In this document: positions 50,209-63,166 of the stretch, in pieces
Layout of the letters: each line of letters begins with the position of its first letter
Position numbering within the stretch: position 1 is the first letter of the stretch
Assembly: GCF_004010195.1 (NCBI RefSeq)
Contig: NC_057720.1
Span: 17,286,179-17,350,178, forward strand
Length of the DNA: 64,000 nt
Direction: 5' to 3'
From: Chiloscyllium plagiosum
Lineage: Eukaryota
Notes under the pieces: generated by a model
Told to the model about the DNA's origin: nothing
Seen by the model: only the letters and a program-made list of their open reading frames with translations
Databases searched by the model: none
Translations under genes and position numbers: made by a program

Positions 50209-50536
50209 CATGGCTGAAGCAGACCTCATTCAATGAATGGACACATAACATAAATCAAGAAGGGATCCAAGCACAGGCTTCTCTGGCGCTGTGAGGCAGC
50301 AGTGCTAACCACTGTGCCACCGTGCCGCCCACGAATCATTGATGTATTTGTGAAGTCAAACACTGTTCTGATCGCCCAATGTTTCCATTTCACTCAGTGT
50401 TTCTATTTCACTCAGTGGTTTAAAACACTTCCTCTTCCTCTGGTAATAAACATAGTATTTACTTCCATGGCTGAAGCAGACCTCATTCAATGAATGGACA
50501 CATAACATAAATCAAGAAGGGATCCAAGCATAGGCT
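50209..50536. repeat. 71-bp direct repeat enclosing an antisense SINE head and unique sequence
   Basis: 50209-50279 equals 50466-50536 with one mismatch. 50280-50330 is the reverse complement of the HE1 5' end. Confidence 0.9.
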
Positions 50537-50995
50537 GAGCATTGCAAGTTGGGAGTTGTAGGTGAAGGATGTCAGTAGCAAAACAGATGGACTTCTGAGT
50601 GGGCTCTACCATTTCTCAAAGCCAGATCCCTTACAACATGAGACTTTCTTTCTAACCCACAGTCCACAATGAAACCCACCTGGACTTTTTTTGTCATTTT
50701 CCCTGCAAGGTAACATCCTCTGCCCAGTGCTGGGTTAATACTGAGACAATCAATTGCCCACTTAATGCTCTCATTTGGCAGGGGGGGAGGGGGAGGAAGA
50801 AGTCTATCCATGGGACTTCCTACATTGACTTAATTGGGATTGAGGCAAGCTGAGCTAATGAACAGATTTCTCTGTCTTCGACTCAGATTTTAATTCCTGG
50901 AAGACAACTTATACCCCCTATCACCTTAATAGTTGAACATGGAAAGTAATAGGCCTGGTTCAAAAAATTATTAACAATAATGACTGCTTTATATT

Positions 50996-51230
50996 GTCAA
51001 CCATGGTTCAATTGGTAGCACTCTTACCTTTAAGTCAAAACTTTCTGGTTCAAATCCCACTCCAGGACTTCACCACAAAAGTCAGACAAATATTTCAGTT
51101 AGGTACCGAGAGTACACTACATTGGTGAAAGTGCCATCTTTTGGATAAGACAACACACCAAAGCCTGTTTGGTTGAATGTAAAAGATCTCATAGCATTAT
51201 TTCAAAGTACAGCCAGGGAGTTATCCTGAG
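50996..51230 (+). mobile_element. tRNA-derived Deu-type SINE (5' part)
   Basis: A box tggttcaattggtagc, B box ggttcaaatccc, then a Deu-like domain (gtgccatctttt...gtaaaagatctcatagcattatttcaaag). Confidence 0.6.
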
Positions 51231-51349
51231 ATCCTTGTCTTTTTGGCAGCTCCCCTCACTCTCAATTCCAAAGCCCTCTGGAAAAATTATTACTGAAAAT
51301 AAAGCAAGCAGAAATCAGTTTAAGTATTTTACAATTGATACGTAAATGG

Positions 51350-52230
51350 GTTGACTAAAATAACTCAAAGGGCAGGTCCTAAGGGATTGTCAGTCTGGGA
51401 AAATGCCTTCAGTGGGTCCCACAGAGATCTGTTTAAGGACCTCTTTTGTTTAATATCTATGTTAACTATCAGGAGCTAAAAGTCATGAGCACAGTGGCTA
51501 AATTTGTAAATGATACAAAGCCAAAGCAATAGATTACAAATCTGAACTGGATAAGCTACGGGAGGACTTGAGTATACTTAGGAATTAAGTAGGCGTGTGG
51601 CAGATCCATTAAATATAAAGAAAAGTGCCTGGAAGAGACTTTTACCAAAATTAAGAGGAAATAATATGCGTAGAAAATGCACAAGAACCGATTGACGAAT
51701 TTAAAATTTTGTAATAATGCTCAGGGGCAGTCAATAAAGAAATGAAATGTTGAGATACATTTAAAGCTCAATATTGAGCCAATACAGTTGCAGAAATAAC
51801 GTTGCTACTTTAAAATACATTGGTGCAAAGTACAGAGAATACCATGCAGAGAACTACTGAGTACAGTCTGAAATGGACATTTCAGTTTTTGAAAATTCAG
51901 TATATAGGAAAGGACAAAAGGAATGATTGAGGGGTCAGAGGGGTTAGGTTATGATCAGCTATTGTATAATGTGGGCATGTTCACTTTGAAAGACAATGTT
52001 AAGAAGTGATATGATTTTGTATCTTAGAGTGAAAATCTGATTCATCTTTTCTAGAGGAGCAAACCAGAGGACACATCCTGCAATTGAAAAATATTAAATA
52101 CAAATCTAATCTGCCGAAAAATCATTCTATTGAATGAGTGGCAAACATATGGAATGGGCTTCTTGGAAAAACAACGAAAGAAGATTGTATTGACTTAATT
52201 AAATACAAGTTAGCTCATTTCTGTCAAGAC
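51350..52230 (+). mobile_element. Very old CR1 RT and 3' fragment
   Basis: SGSHRDL..GPLLFNIYVN, KFVNDTK and WNGL-like remnants. Confidence 0.55.
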
Positions 52231-55074
52231 ATTTTAAAATACAGTACATGAGTAATTTGAAATATGATTATATTGTAAGTGTTGCATGCTTAGGCGTAAG
52301 TGACTTTGCACTTATAGTTCCCACAGCTTTCCACTATTGATGTTTACTCACATTGGGGCCAGTGTGGGCCCAGTGCAGACTTGTGGCGGATGATTCTGGT
52401 AAGTTGGTGGCAGAAAAGTTGGCAGAGGGGTGAGCATGAGACCCAGTATCAGCATTGACAGCTGTTACATCAGCAGAGGTAATGTTGGCAAGTTAGAACC
52501 AGCAGCAAAAAATGGCTCCTGAGGATCAGTGACTTTGATGTTGGCTAGGTCCAGTGCTTGTGGCGACAAAGCGGTGATGGAATGAGCATCACGGTGACAT
52601 TGATGGAGAAGGCAGTATCTTCTCCATCAGTTGGCATTGGAGATGTTGGGCTTCAGCTGCAGCTATGCAGTAGGCCCAAATTGGTACTCCTGGAATGGAC
52701 TGTGATGTGGGGGGCATTGATGGGCCCAGAACCTATTGTGGAGACCCCTTGATGTCAAGTGGAACACAAGGAAAGAGGAAGATGACTCTGTTTTTACTAT
52801 ATTTAAGTCTTATGTCTTAATTTCAGTTTTATATCTTAATATTTTCGGTAAGTCAAAATGGTGCCAGAGCATGGTGACATATTATATTTTTCACTGTATT
52901 ATTTTGTTAAAACAAAATGACATTAAATCATTCAAATTCTGCAAAAATTCAAATTCGTCATATCTGTCTTTTGTGAACAAATTGACATATTTTAAATCAG
53001 TCAACAACCATTTATGTAACATCCATAATATTATAAAACATTCCAAGGCAGTTCAGAGGAGCACCACAAAACAAAATTTAACATGGAGCAGAAGGAGATA
53101 TGAGGACAGATGAGGAAGGTATTAAGAAGTGTCTCTAATGAGGAAAGAGAGATGGGGATGATTATTGAGAGAATTCCAGCACTCAGATCATCAGGAGCTC
53201 AGCCAACAAAGTTACTGCATTTAAAATCAGGTATGTACAAGCAGCCAGTGCCAGAGGAGGCTAGGTATCTCACAGCATTGTAGGACTGGAGAACATTAAA
53301 AAGATAGGGAAGGCAAGGACATTATTATACAGGAGTCCCAATTTATGAACGGATGAATTATGAAAGCTTGTACTAACAAGCAATTTCATATTGGGGTGTA
53401 ATTTTAAAGATCCGACATGTAAACAATTCCTGTTATTTATGAAATGCTCTTTTATATTGTTCTGCATTGTGTTCCAACTTGCATGCGAATCAACTTGTGA
53501 ACAGACTGCAGAAGGGAAACCAGTCGCAACCCAGGGATTGCCTGTATTCACAAAGAAGAACAAAGAACAATGAAAATTTACCACCCAGGAACAGGCCCTT
53601 CAAGCCTGAGCCGATCCAAATATACTGTCTAAACCTGTCGGTCAATTCCTAAGCATTTGTGTCCCTCTGCTCCCCACCTACTCATGCATCTGTCCAGATG
53701 CATCTTAAATTAATCTACCATGACTGCCTCTACCACCTCTGCTGGCAACAAGTTCCAAATGCCCACCACCCTCTCTGTGAAGTACTTGCCGCGTGTATCC
53801 CCCTTAAACTTTCCACCACTCACCTTGTAAGCATGACCTCTGGTTATTGAATCCTTCACCCTGGGAAAAAGCTTGTCCCCATCCACCCTGTCTATACCCT
53901 TCATGATTTTGTAAACCTCAATCAGGTCCCCCCTCAATCTCCTTTTTTCTAGTGAAAATAAACCTAACCTACTCAACCTCTCTTCATAGCTAGTGCCTTC
54001 CATACCAGGCAACATCCTCGTAAACCGTCTCTGCACCCTCTCCAAAGCAACCTTTTGATAATGTGGCGACCAGAACTATACACAATATTCTAAATGCGGT
54101 CAAACCAATGTCTTGTACAATTTTAATATGACTTGCCAGCTGTTATACTCAATACCCCGTCCAATGAAGGCAAGCATACTATATGCCTTCTTGACCACTC
54201 TATCCATCTGTGCAGCAACCTTCAGGCTACAATGGACCTGCACTCCCAGATCTCTCTGCCCATCAACTTTACCCAAGGCTCTTCCATTCATTGTATACTT
54301 CACTCTGGAATTAGACTTGCCTAAATGCATACCTCACATTTGTCTGGATTGAAAGTCATCTGCCACTTTTCCGCCCAATTCTCCAGTCTATGTATATTGT
54401 CTTGTATTCTCTGACAGTCCCTTATGCTTTCTGCTACTCCACCAATCTTTGTGTCATCTGCAAACTTGCTGATCATACCAACAGTGCCCTCTTCTAGATC
54501 ATTTATGCATATTACAAACAACAGTGGCCCCAAACTGACCCCTGTGGAACACCACTGGTCACCTTTCTCCATTTCGAGAAACTCCCTTCAACTACTACTC
54601 TTGTCTCCTGTTGCTCAACCAGTTCTTTATCCACCTAGCTAGAACACTCTGCACACCATGTGACTTCACTCTCTCCATTAGTCTACAATGGGGAACCTTA
54701 TCAAACGCCTTACTAAAGTCCATATATATGACATCAACAGCCCTTCCTTCATCTAACAACTTGGTCACTTCCTCGAAGAACTCTATTAAGTTGGTAAGGC
54801 ACGATCTCCCCTGCACAAAACCATGTTGCCTATCACTGATAAGCTCATTCTTTTCTCAATATAAATAGATCCTATCCGACAGTACCCTCTCCAGCAACTT
54901 CTTCACCACCGACATCAGGCTCACTAGTCTGTAGTTACCCAGAATATCCCTACTACCCTTCTTGTACAGGGGGACAACATAAGCTACCCTCCAGTCCTCC
55001 GGCACCTCACCTGTATTTAAGGATGCCACAAAGATATCTGTCACGGCCCCAGCTATTTCCTCTCTCGCCTCCCT

Positions 55075-55613
55075 NNNNNNNNNNNNNNNNNNNNNNNNNN
55101 NNNNNNNNNNNNNNNNNNNNNNNNNNNNNNNNNNNNNNNNNNNNNNNNNNNNNNNNNNNNNNNNNNNNNNNNNNNNNNNNNNNNNNNNNNNNNNNNNNNN
55201 NNNNNNNNNNNNNNNNNNNNNNNNNNNNNNNNNNNNNNNNNNNNNNNNNNNNNNNNNNNNNNNNNNNNNNNNNNNNNNNNNNNNNNNNNNNNNNNNNNNN
55301 NNNNNNNNNNNNNNNNNNNNNNNNNNNNNNNNNNNNNNNNNNNNNNNNNNNNNNNNNNNNNNNNNNNNNNNNNNNNNNNNNNNNNNNNNNNNNNNNNNNN
55401 NNNNNNNNNNNNNNNNNNNNNNNNNNNNNNNNNNNNNNNNNNNNNNNNNNNNNNNNNNNNNNNNNNNNNNNNNNNNNNNNNNNNNNNNNNNNNNNNNNNN
55501 NNNNNNNNNNNNNNNNNNNNNNNNNNNNNNNNNNNNNNNNNNNNNNNNNNNNNNNNNNNNNNNNNNNNNNNNNNNNNNNNNNNNNNNNNNNNNNNNNNNN
55601 NNNNNNNNNNNNN
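55075..55613. other. Assembly gap (539 N)
   Basis: Run of N. Confidence 1.
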
Positions 55614-56008
55614 CCATAGTGTCCTCCTTTAGCACAGCCGTGATATCGTCCCTGACCAGCAATGCAATTCCACCCCCTCTTTTACTTCCCTCCCTGTCCT
55701 GTCTGAAGCGTCTATACCCTGGAACATTTAGTTGCCAATCATCATGCATTTCCTTCAACCAAGTCTCTGTGATGGCAATAATGTCATACTCCCAGGCACC
55801 AATCCAAGCCCTACCTAAGTTCATCTGCCTTACACACTATATTCCTTGCATTAAAGTAGATGCATTTCATGCCACCAGATCTTTTGTGCTCACCTGCTCT
55901 CTGCCTATTCTTTCCTTTTATTAGTGCTATCTTCATAATTCTTACAGTCAGCGGTCTCCACCTCGCTGCCTAATTGTTATCTCTTCTGGTTCCCAACCCC
56001 TTGCCACA

Positions 56009-56938
56009 TTAGTTTAAAACCTCTCCAACAGCAGTAGCAAAAACTCCCCCAAGGACATTGGTTCCGGTCTGGTTCAGATACAGACCGTTCCTTTTGTAAT
56101 AGTGCCACCTTCCCCAGAACCGGTCCCAATGTCCAACAAATCTGAACCCCTCCCTCCTACACCATCTCTCAAGCCACGTGTTCATCCTGCCTATTTTTTC
56201 ATTTCTACGCTGGCTAGCACGTGGCACTGGTAGCAATCCTGAGATCACTACCTTTGAGGTCCTCCCCTTTAACTTCTCTCCTAGCTCCCTGAATTATTCT
56301 TTCAGGACCTCATCTCGCTTTCTACTTATATCTTTGGTGCCTATATGCTCCAAGACAACTGGCTGTTCACCCTCCCCTTTTAGAATGCTCTGCAGCCGAT
56401 CAGTGACATCTCTGACCCAAGCACCTGGGAGGCAACATACCATCAGGGAGTCCCGTTTTCGGCCACAGAACCGCCTGTCTACTCCCCTCACAATAGAATC
56501 ACCTATGACTATGGCCCTACGAGTCTTTTTCCCGCCCTTCTGAACAGCAGTGCCCGACACAGTGCCATGATCTTGACTACTGCTGCCCTGGTGAGCCATC
56601 TCCCCTAACAGTATCCAAAACGGTACACCTGTTTTGGAGGGAGATGACTGCAGGGGATACCGGCGCTGTCTTCCTACTCTTTATCTGTCTTTTGGCCGCC
56701 CATTCATTGTTGCCCTCAGCAATCCTAACCTGCAGTGTGACCAATTCACTAAACATGCTATCCACGACCTCCTCATCCACAGTGAGTCCATCCGCAGCTC
56801 CAGAGCCATCATGCGGTCAAACAACAGCTGCAGCTGGACACACTTTTTGCAAATGTAAGAGTAAGGAACGTCAGACACGTTCCTAAGCTCCCACATCAAG
56901 CAAGAGTCACATGCCACGGGTCTGAGGTCCCCTGCCAT
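56009..56938 (-). pseudogene. CR1 ORF1 (zinc finger/leucine zipper + SGNH/GDSL esterase), frameshifted
   Basis: VACDSCLMW..YICKKCVQLQLL, IVIGDSIVRG, CCLPGA, HIGT.D, ISGLLPVPR, GLYLNQTGT. Confidence 0.88.
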
Positions 56939-58369
56939 TGTAAGCTTAGCTTTATATGAAATAACTGAAACCAAGCAATGCACTTAAATAAATGAAAAAA
57001 AAGATAAATAAAAGCCTTACCTTACAGAGTCTTTTTCTTCTGGTTAGAGGAGGAGGGCACGGGAGGGAGATACTACACGTGTAGTATGTTGGGTTTAGCC
57101 ACTGCCCAAATATAAATTAAGCCATTACCTTCTTGGCAGCCCTCGCTTCACTCCTCCTTCTCTCCTCGCCCCTCTGGCAAAATGGAGGCATGACTCCCGA
57201 AGTAAGTCCCTTTTTATGCGAGAAAACTTACCCTTGCCGACAGCCATCGCTTCATTCCTCCTTCTCTCCTCACCGCTCTGGCAAAATGGCCAAAATGATA
57301 GGAGGTAATGGACTAGATGGGTCTAGTCTATTTTTTGGCTGATGATTCCTAGGTCTAATTGCAGTAATTTAACGACGGTTTGGATATTGATACACTGCAT
57401 TCCTGGAGGGTCTTGTAGCACAGTGGAGATATCTGTAGCGTAGAGCCAGGAGGCTTGAGTAATATAATTTGCTCCAGTGGTGTGTCATATCTGAAAAGGT
57501 TGATTAAAAATATCTACACTGCAGTTTTCTCCTTTTTAAATTTTTTTATCAACTCCTGATTTACACCCACATTTAAATTTTCCATGAACAATTTGCAACT
57601 CATTCAATCCATGTACTGACTGCCTGTATTTGATATCTACTGTATTAATTCTCAACTGTAATTTCAAGTGCTGATTGACACATAATTTCCAACACAGAAA
57701 TGTGCAGTTACCTCAATTGCTTATAAGCCACATAATCTTCCTCCCAATGAATTTGTTTAACCACTCCAACATATTGTTTTAAATCTTTCTCTCCTGTGTG
57801 CTTACCTAGTTTTATCTTATATACTTCTATGCTATTTATCTCAACTACTCAATTAACTAAATTTTATTTTTATTTCATGTGATATTTTTGATATTTTATC
57901 TCCCCCTTATGAATATTGGGTGTTTTGTATTACATTCAGATTAGATTATTTGTACTCCTATTACTTGATCAGCAATACTAATTAATCAAACAAAAGGTTA
58001 CCCATTTTATTAAAGGGGCATACATTAAAAACACATAGATCATGGGAAAAGTATACTAAAAGGAAAATCTCCCTTCCAACATGATGACTTCAACCTCAGC
58101 ACTTGAGTTTTATCTTTGAGCTATAAATGCCTCCTCCTCCAAGATTCACATATCCAAACCCATCATGTACAGCTGTGCTGAGCTGGCACTTAAAAAGATT
58201 TCATTACTGTCTTCCTATTACATCTCTCCTCTGTAACAGTTTATTATAAAATTTGACATGCAAGTTTACATAACAGCTTATAATTATGGTATATACCGAT
58301 GTAATAAAATATCCCAACATGTTTCACAGCAGAATTATCATACAAAATATGACACTGAGACACTCAGAT

Positions 58370-58670
58370 TACTTAGATTACTTACAGTGTGGAAACAGGC
58401 CCTTTGTCCCAACAAGTCCACACCGACCCTCCGAAGAGCAACCCACCCAGATCCATTCCCCTATATTTACCCCTTCACCTAACACTATGGGCAATTTAGC
58501 ATAGCCAATTCACCTAACCTGCACATTTTTTGGACCGTGGGAGAAAACCGGAGAACTTGAATGAAACCCACGCAGACACGGGGAGAATGTGCAAACTCCA
58601 CACAGACAGTCGCCTGAGGCAGGAATTGAACTTGGGTCTCTGGCACTGTAAGACAGCAGTGCCAGACCTT
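58370..58670 (-). mobile_element. HE1-type SINE
   Basis: Reverse-complement V-domain (cagacacggggagaatgtgcaaactccacacaga), tRNA head and short-repeat tail. Confidence 0.9.
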
Positions 58671-58949
58671 ACGACAGACGAACAAAAGATTGTCAAAGAT
58701 GTAACCATTAACTAGTGACCCAAAGGAGAAAAGTGTGCTTGAGAAGCCAAGAGATTAGGGATGGTATTCCAAAACTTAGAGACAGGTCTATTGAAGGCAA
58801 GACTACTAATGATGGAATCGAGGTTGGGGATGCTGAAAAAGGCAGAATTAGAGAAGGGTGTGGAGCAAGAATTTATACATTAGGAGAGGCAAGGCCATAG
58901 AAGGATTTGAAAACATGAATGAACATTTTAAAATCATAAGTATTTCTGA

Positions 58950-59740
58950 AAAAAAATTGTCAAAACCTTTTGTCTTGCATTCACCAGGACAATTCTCAAG
59001 AATATCAATACAAGGTTTTCAGTATATATCTCAGCATGTTCACTATTTTTCAGAAAATGTTGTTTAAATTGCAAAATCATATTTAATGTTAAACACTTTC
59101 ATTGTACATTTTGCAAGCGCAGGGTGACTGGTCAACAGTCAGGACTTTGCTTGTTAAGAACAGCAGGAATGTTTTGCTGATCGATAGAATCAGCCAGTCT
59201 TTGGGATGTACATCCTCCATAATTGGCATTTCAGCCAATTAATTATTTGTGCAATCGGCAGAATATCTCAAGTTGCTACTAGATAGTAACTTGGAAATGT
59301 TAGTTTCACCCAGTGATCAAATTTTTGAGATACCTTTACACTTCCACTGTAACTGAGGTAATTGGACACTTTTCAGGACCAAGAGTGACCACTTTTAGGC
59401 TTTTCGTGAGTTTGTGAGTAAGGATAGCTTTAATGCAACCTACTTTAACCACAGGTTTGCAGGTGAACTTGCTTGGGCCATATTAAAGCCAACCTTAAAA
59501 TGGGTGGAACTGTAGGAATCCCAATGTGTATGGTAACCAGTGAATGTAGGTGTGATAGACAGTAACTGAAAGACCTTAGCTGATTTCTCAACTAGAACAG
59601 GGAAGAAAGGGAGTTCATTTGATGATTCTATTTTGAGCATTAGCTCGAGTCCGTTAAAACATGTAGGGAAATTCTTACATGCAGCTGCAGGTTCAAATAT
59701 AGCAAACATATAATCTACATATCAAAAAATATGCAGGGAG
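58950..59740 (-). mobile_element. Very old Penelope-like RT relic
   Basis: YVDYMFAIF, IESSNELPFFPVLV, TPTFTGYHTHWDSY resemble the PLE RT YVDD / LPFLDV / KPT.TG.Y..W.S motifs. Confidence 0.6.
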
Positions 59741-59884
59741 TAGGAGTTAATTTAAAGTCAAGATATATGTATCAGATTTTCCATGGAGTGGCAGTCTCAC
59801 AGAGTGCAATTCTGCATTTTTTGTTAACAAAAGAACAGATCTCCACATTTTTGAGAGGCAATTCTGCTCAAGAGCTTCTTCAGA

Positions 59885-61940
59885 AATACAGAGTCAAACA
59901 GCACAGAAACAGATCCTTCGGTCCAACTCATACATGTTGACCAAGTTTCCCAAACTAAACTAGTCTTGTTTGCCCAAGCTTGGCCCTTTTCTCTCTAAAC
60001 CTTTCTATCCATGTAACTGTCCAAATATCTTTTAAATGTTGTAACTGTACCTGCATCTACCACTTCCATTGTCATTCTTATTTTTCCTAAAAAGCACTTG
60101 TTCAAAGATGTTGACACATATTAGACTTGGAGGCCTGTGCAGCCAATAAGAAAATTAAGGGGAACAGTGCTCTGGGACAGTCGGGACTGGAACCCTAGCC
60201 TCCTGGCTCAGAAATAGGGATATTACCTTTGCACTACAAGAGAACAATACAGCTGTACTTCCACTCTGGCAGTTCTTTCATAGCAGACCTGTCAAAGGTC
60301 GACAAACTACAACCCCTTTCCACAGCATTAGGCTGCTGTATTCTGAAATTTAAAGATACTGACAGCCACTTTGACAGCTGTTGTCATACTGTCAGAATGT
60401 AAAATGATGTTAGAAGGCGGAGTGAATAGCATGCCATCTGAGAGGTAGGATGCCAGGGGTAGAATACCAGAAAAGTAGGGAGGAGGATGCCAAGTCAATT
60501 GGGTGTTAATTGGGCGGGGCCCAGGGTGCCAGCTGGGAGAGGTAAACTGCCTGGGATAGGTTGGCATTTATGTAAAGGATAGGGTGCCAGAGTGCAGGGT
60601 AGACAGTAAGTGATGCAATTATTCAGATAGGTCAAGATAATTGGAGAAATCAGGTACACTGCCAGGGGATGTTGGGTCAGACCCGATTGGTGAGCGAAGA
60701 AGATTTGAGTCAGGTCAGGTCTGGTGTCTGCTTGTGTTGGGTCCTGGGGAGGTAAGGAAGGTCAAGTTATTTCTGTTGGGGAAGAGTCTATGGAAGGTGT
60801 AGTTCAGAGCTACTCAACAGTTACAGCCTAAGTTAAATAACAATTAGAGTCATAGAGATATACAGCATGGAAACAGAATCTTTGGTCCAATTGTCCATGC
60901 TGACCCGATATCGTAACCTAGTCTAGTCCCATTTGCCAGCACTTAGCCCATATCTCTCCAAACCCTTCCTATTCATATACCCATCCAAATGCCTTTTAAA
61001 TGCTGTAATTGTACCAGCCTCCACCACTTCCTCTGGCAGCATATTCCATACACACACCACCCACTGCATGAAAAAGTTGTCCCTAAGGTCTCTTTTAAAT
61101 TTTTCCCCTCTCACCTTAAACCTATGCCTTCTAGTTCTTGACTTCCCGAACCCAGGGAAAAGACCTTTCTATTTACCCTATCCATGCCCCTCATTATTTT
61201 ATTAACCTCTATCAGGTCACCCCTCAGCCTCCGACACTCCAGGGAAAACAGCCCCAGACTACTAGCCTCTCCCTGTAAGCTCAAATTCTCCAATCTTGGC
61301 AATTTTGCTGAATTTCACCAAAACTTCTGAAGTCTCCAAATTTAGTGGAAGCTTTTGGATGATTCCAAGCACAGAGGAATTGCTCAGAGGAAAAAGGAAT
61401 TCTCGGGCAATTCCTTTAGTGTGCGCTATGGTACGGATTCTTAGAATCATAAAGTACAGGTTGTTCTGCTATAACGTGCGTTTCGTTAACATGAATTTGC
61501 AATAATACAATTAACAATTTGGGACACTGCTTCTAAAGCACAAAGTTTTAACGTGTGTATTGGTTATAACGCAATTCTGGCCCTATTAGAACATAGAACA
61601 TAGAACATAGAACATAGAAGAATACAGCGCAGTACAGGCCCTTGGGCCCTCGATGTTGCGCCGATCCAAGCCCACCTAAACTACACTAACCCACTATCCT
61701 CCATATACCTATCCAATGCCCTCTTAAATGCCCATAAAGACATCTTTTTGTTATTCTTCCCAAAGTGAATCACCTCGCACTTAGCTACATTGAATTCCAT
61801 CTGCTACCTTTCTGCCCAGCTCTGCAGCTTCTCTATATCCTGCTGTAACCTGCCACATGCTTCCTCACTGTCAACAACTCCTCCGACTTTCGTGTCATCC
61901 GCAAACTTGCTCACCCAACCTTCTAACCCCTCTTCCAGGT
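59885..61940 (-). mobile_element. Three separate CR1 3' fragments (59885-60070, 60846-61300, 61588-61940); the last interrupts a possible Tigger-like MITE (~61455-62020)
   Basis: WNMLPEEVVEAGTITAFKRHLDGY; (agaacat)n tail at 61588-61618; tacaggttgttctgctataacg TIR-like start. Confidence 0.7.
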
Positions 61941-62039
61941 TTAAATATGCTGATATTACACAATTTTCTTAGAACATGGGATTGCACAAGAACAAACTAC
62001 CACCTCATAGCTGAACTGACTCTTTAAATGCAAGTCGCT

Positions 62040-62292
62040 CAGCTCACACCAACCCTCCAAAGAGCAACCTACCCAAACCCACCCTATCCCTGTAACCCTC
62101 CATTTCCCAACTCTAATTTAGCATGGCCAACCCAGCAAACCTGAACAGATTTGTATTGTGGGAGGAAACTGGAGCAGCTGGCAGAAACTCATTTAGACAC
62201 AGGGATAATGTGCAGACAGTCATAGTGGAATTGAAACCAAGTCCCTGGTGCTGTGAGGCAGCAGTGTTAACCACTGAGCTACCATGCCATCC
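62040..62292 (-). mobile_element. Older HE1-type SINE
   Basis: Reverse complement of tggcatggtagctcagtggttaacactgctgcctcacagc plus V-domain. Confidence 0.8.
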
Positions 62293-62429
62293 TAAAGAGT
62301 GGTTCTCAGACTCCCCTAAGCTGCACATTGACCAGTGGAAAAACGTGTCTGGGAAAACATAAATGAGCATACGAAAGGGCCTTACTTGGAGGACCTCAAG
62401 CTTACAAAGAGATACAATGTAAACAGGGG

Positions 62430-62890
62430 GTAAAGGGTCCATCTGGGACTACATTAGGATATTTAAGGAGGACGTGGATAAGGGTTAAGAGCAGCCAATG
62501 TAATGAATGCGCAGTGGCGATTAAATTTCCTCCACTGCCTGGCCAAAGTGGCCTTAAACAGGTCCAGGCAGCAAGGTAAAAACAATGACTGCAGATGCTG
62601 GAAACCAGATTCTGGATTAGTGGTGCTGGGCAGTTCCAGGCAGCAGGCTGTGGACGGGGTCCTTAGGGCCGACTGTCTGCCCCTCTTCTGCAGTTACGTT
62701 AGAGCCCGGGTGTCTCTGGAGAAGGAGCACACAGTCTCCACCAACACCTTTGAGCTGTTCAGGGAGAGGTGGGCGGCGCAGGGAGTGGAGTGCATTATTT
62801 CCCCCTCCAGCTCTATTTTTGATTTAACCCCCGCCGTTCACCTTCACCTTCACCTTCACCGTTTGATCTCCCACCATGAAAAAAAATAAA
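62430..62890 (+). mobile_element. Tx1/L1-group LINE 3' end containing a short PLE-terminus insertion (62576-62630)
   Basis: LAKVALNRSRQQ|AVDG..DCLPLFCSYVRARVSLEKEH...FRERWA and an A-rich tail. TSD cagKtccaggcagcaRg at 62559-62575 and 62631-62647. Confidence 0.65.
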
Positions 62891-62939
62891 TTTTCTCCAC
62901 TACAGGGAATAGGAAACGAGTCATAACTCTCACCAGAAA

Positions 62940-63090
62940 GTTCGGGAAAGAATTGTGGCCACATCCCTAACGGGATTGGGAAGAGGCGGGGCTTCAAGGA
63001 GGCTGCCCGCCCCGCACACCTAGAAACGGGCGCTCCGAGCCGCGCGCGAGCGTTTGGTTCGTGGTGCGCGAGGCGTCGGGGGGGAGGGTT
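62940..63090 (+). promoter_or_regulatory. CpG-island promoter of a + strand gene (possibly BRDT by synteny)
   Basis: Dense CpG. TAACGG (MYB-type) 62968-62973, inverted CCAAT 62974-62979, GC box gaggcggggc 62983-62992. Confidence 0.78.
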
Positions 63091-63166
63091 GCGAGCCTGA
63101 GCGTTGAACGGTGGCTGCGCGCGCGGGTGTGGCCGCTTTAAACTTGAAGGTCAGTGAAAGCAACAG
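63090..63166 (+). other. Probable non-coding first exon with tandem donor sites (start approximate)
   Basis: Donors AAG|GTCAGT (63149), CAG|GTAACC (63166) and CAG|GTCAGA (63174) at the 3' edge of the island. No ATG. Confidence 0.5.

Larger units (their letters stand above)
53553..57300 (-). mobile_element. Near full-length CR1 LINE (5' UTR, ORF1, ORF2, tail), spanning an assembly gap
   Basis: ORF1 zinc finger + esterase. ORF2 YDIIAITETWL endonuclease and RT motifs (FADDTKIGG). ttctttg tail at ~53553-53570. Confidence 0.93.

Noticed and set aside
54856..55824. Long ORFs of 322 and 198 aa
   Set aside because: Artefacts of translating through the N gap.
24043..62292. tRNA genes at A/B-box sequences
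   Set aside because: All continue into SINE bodies and lack a complete cloverleaf.
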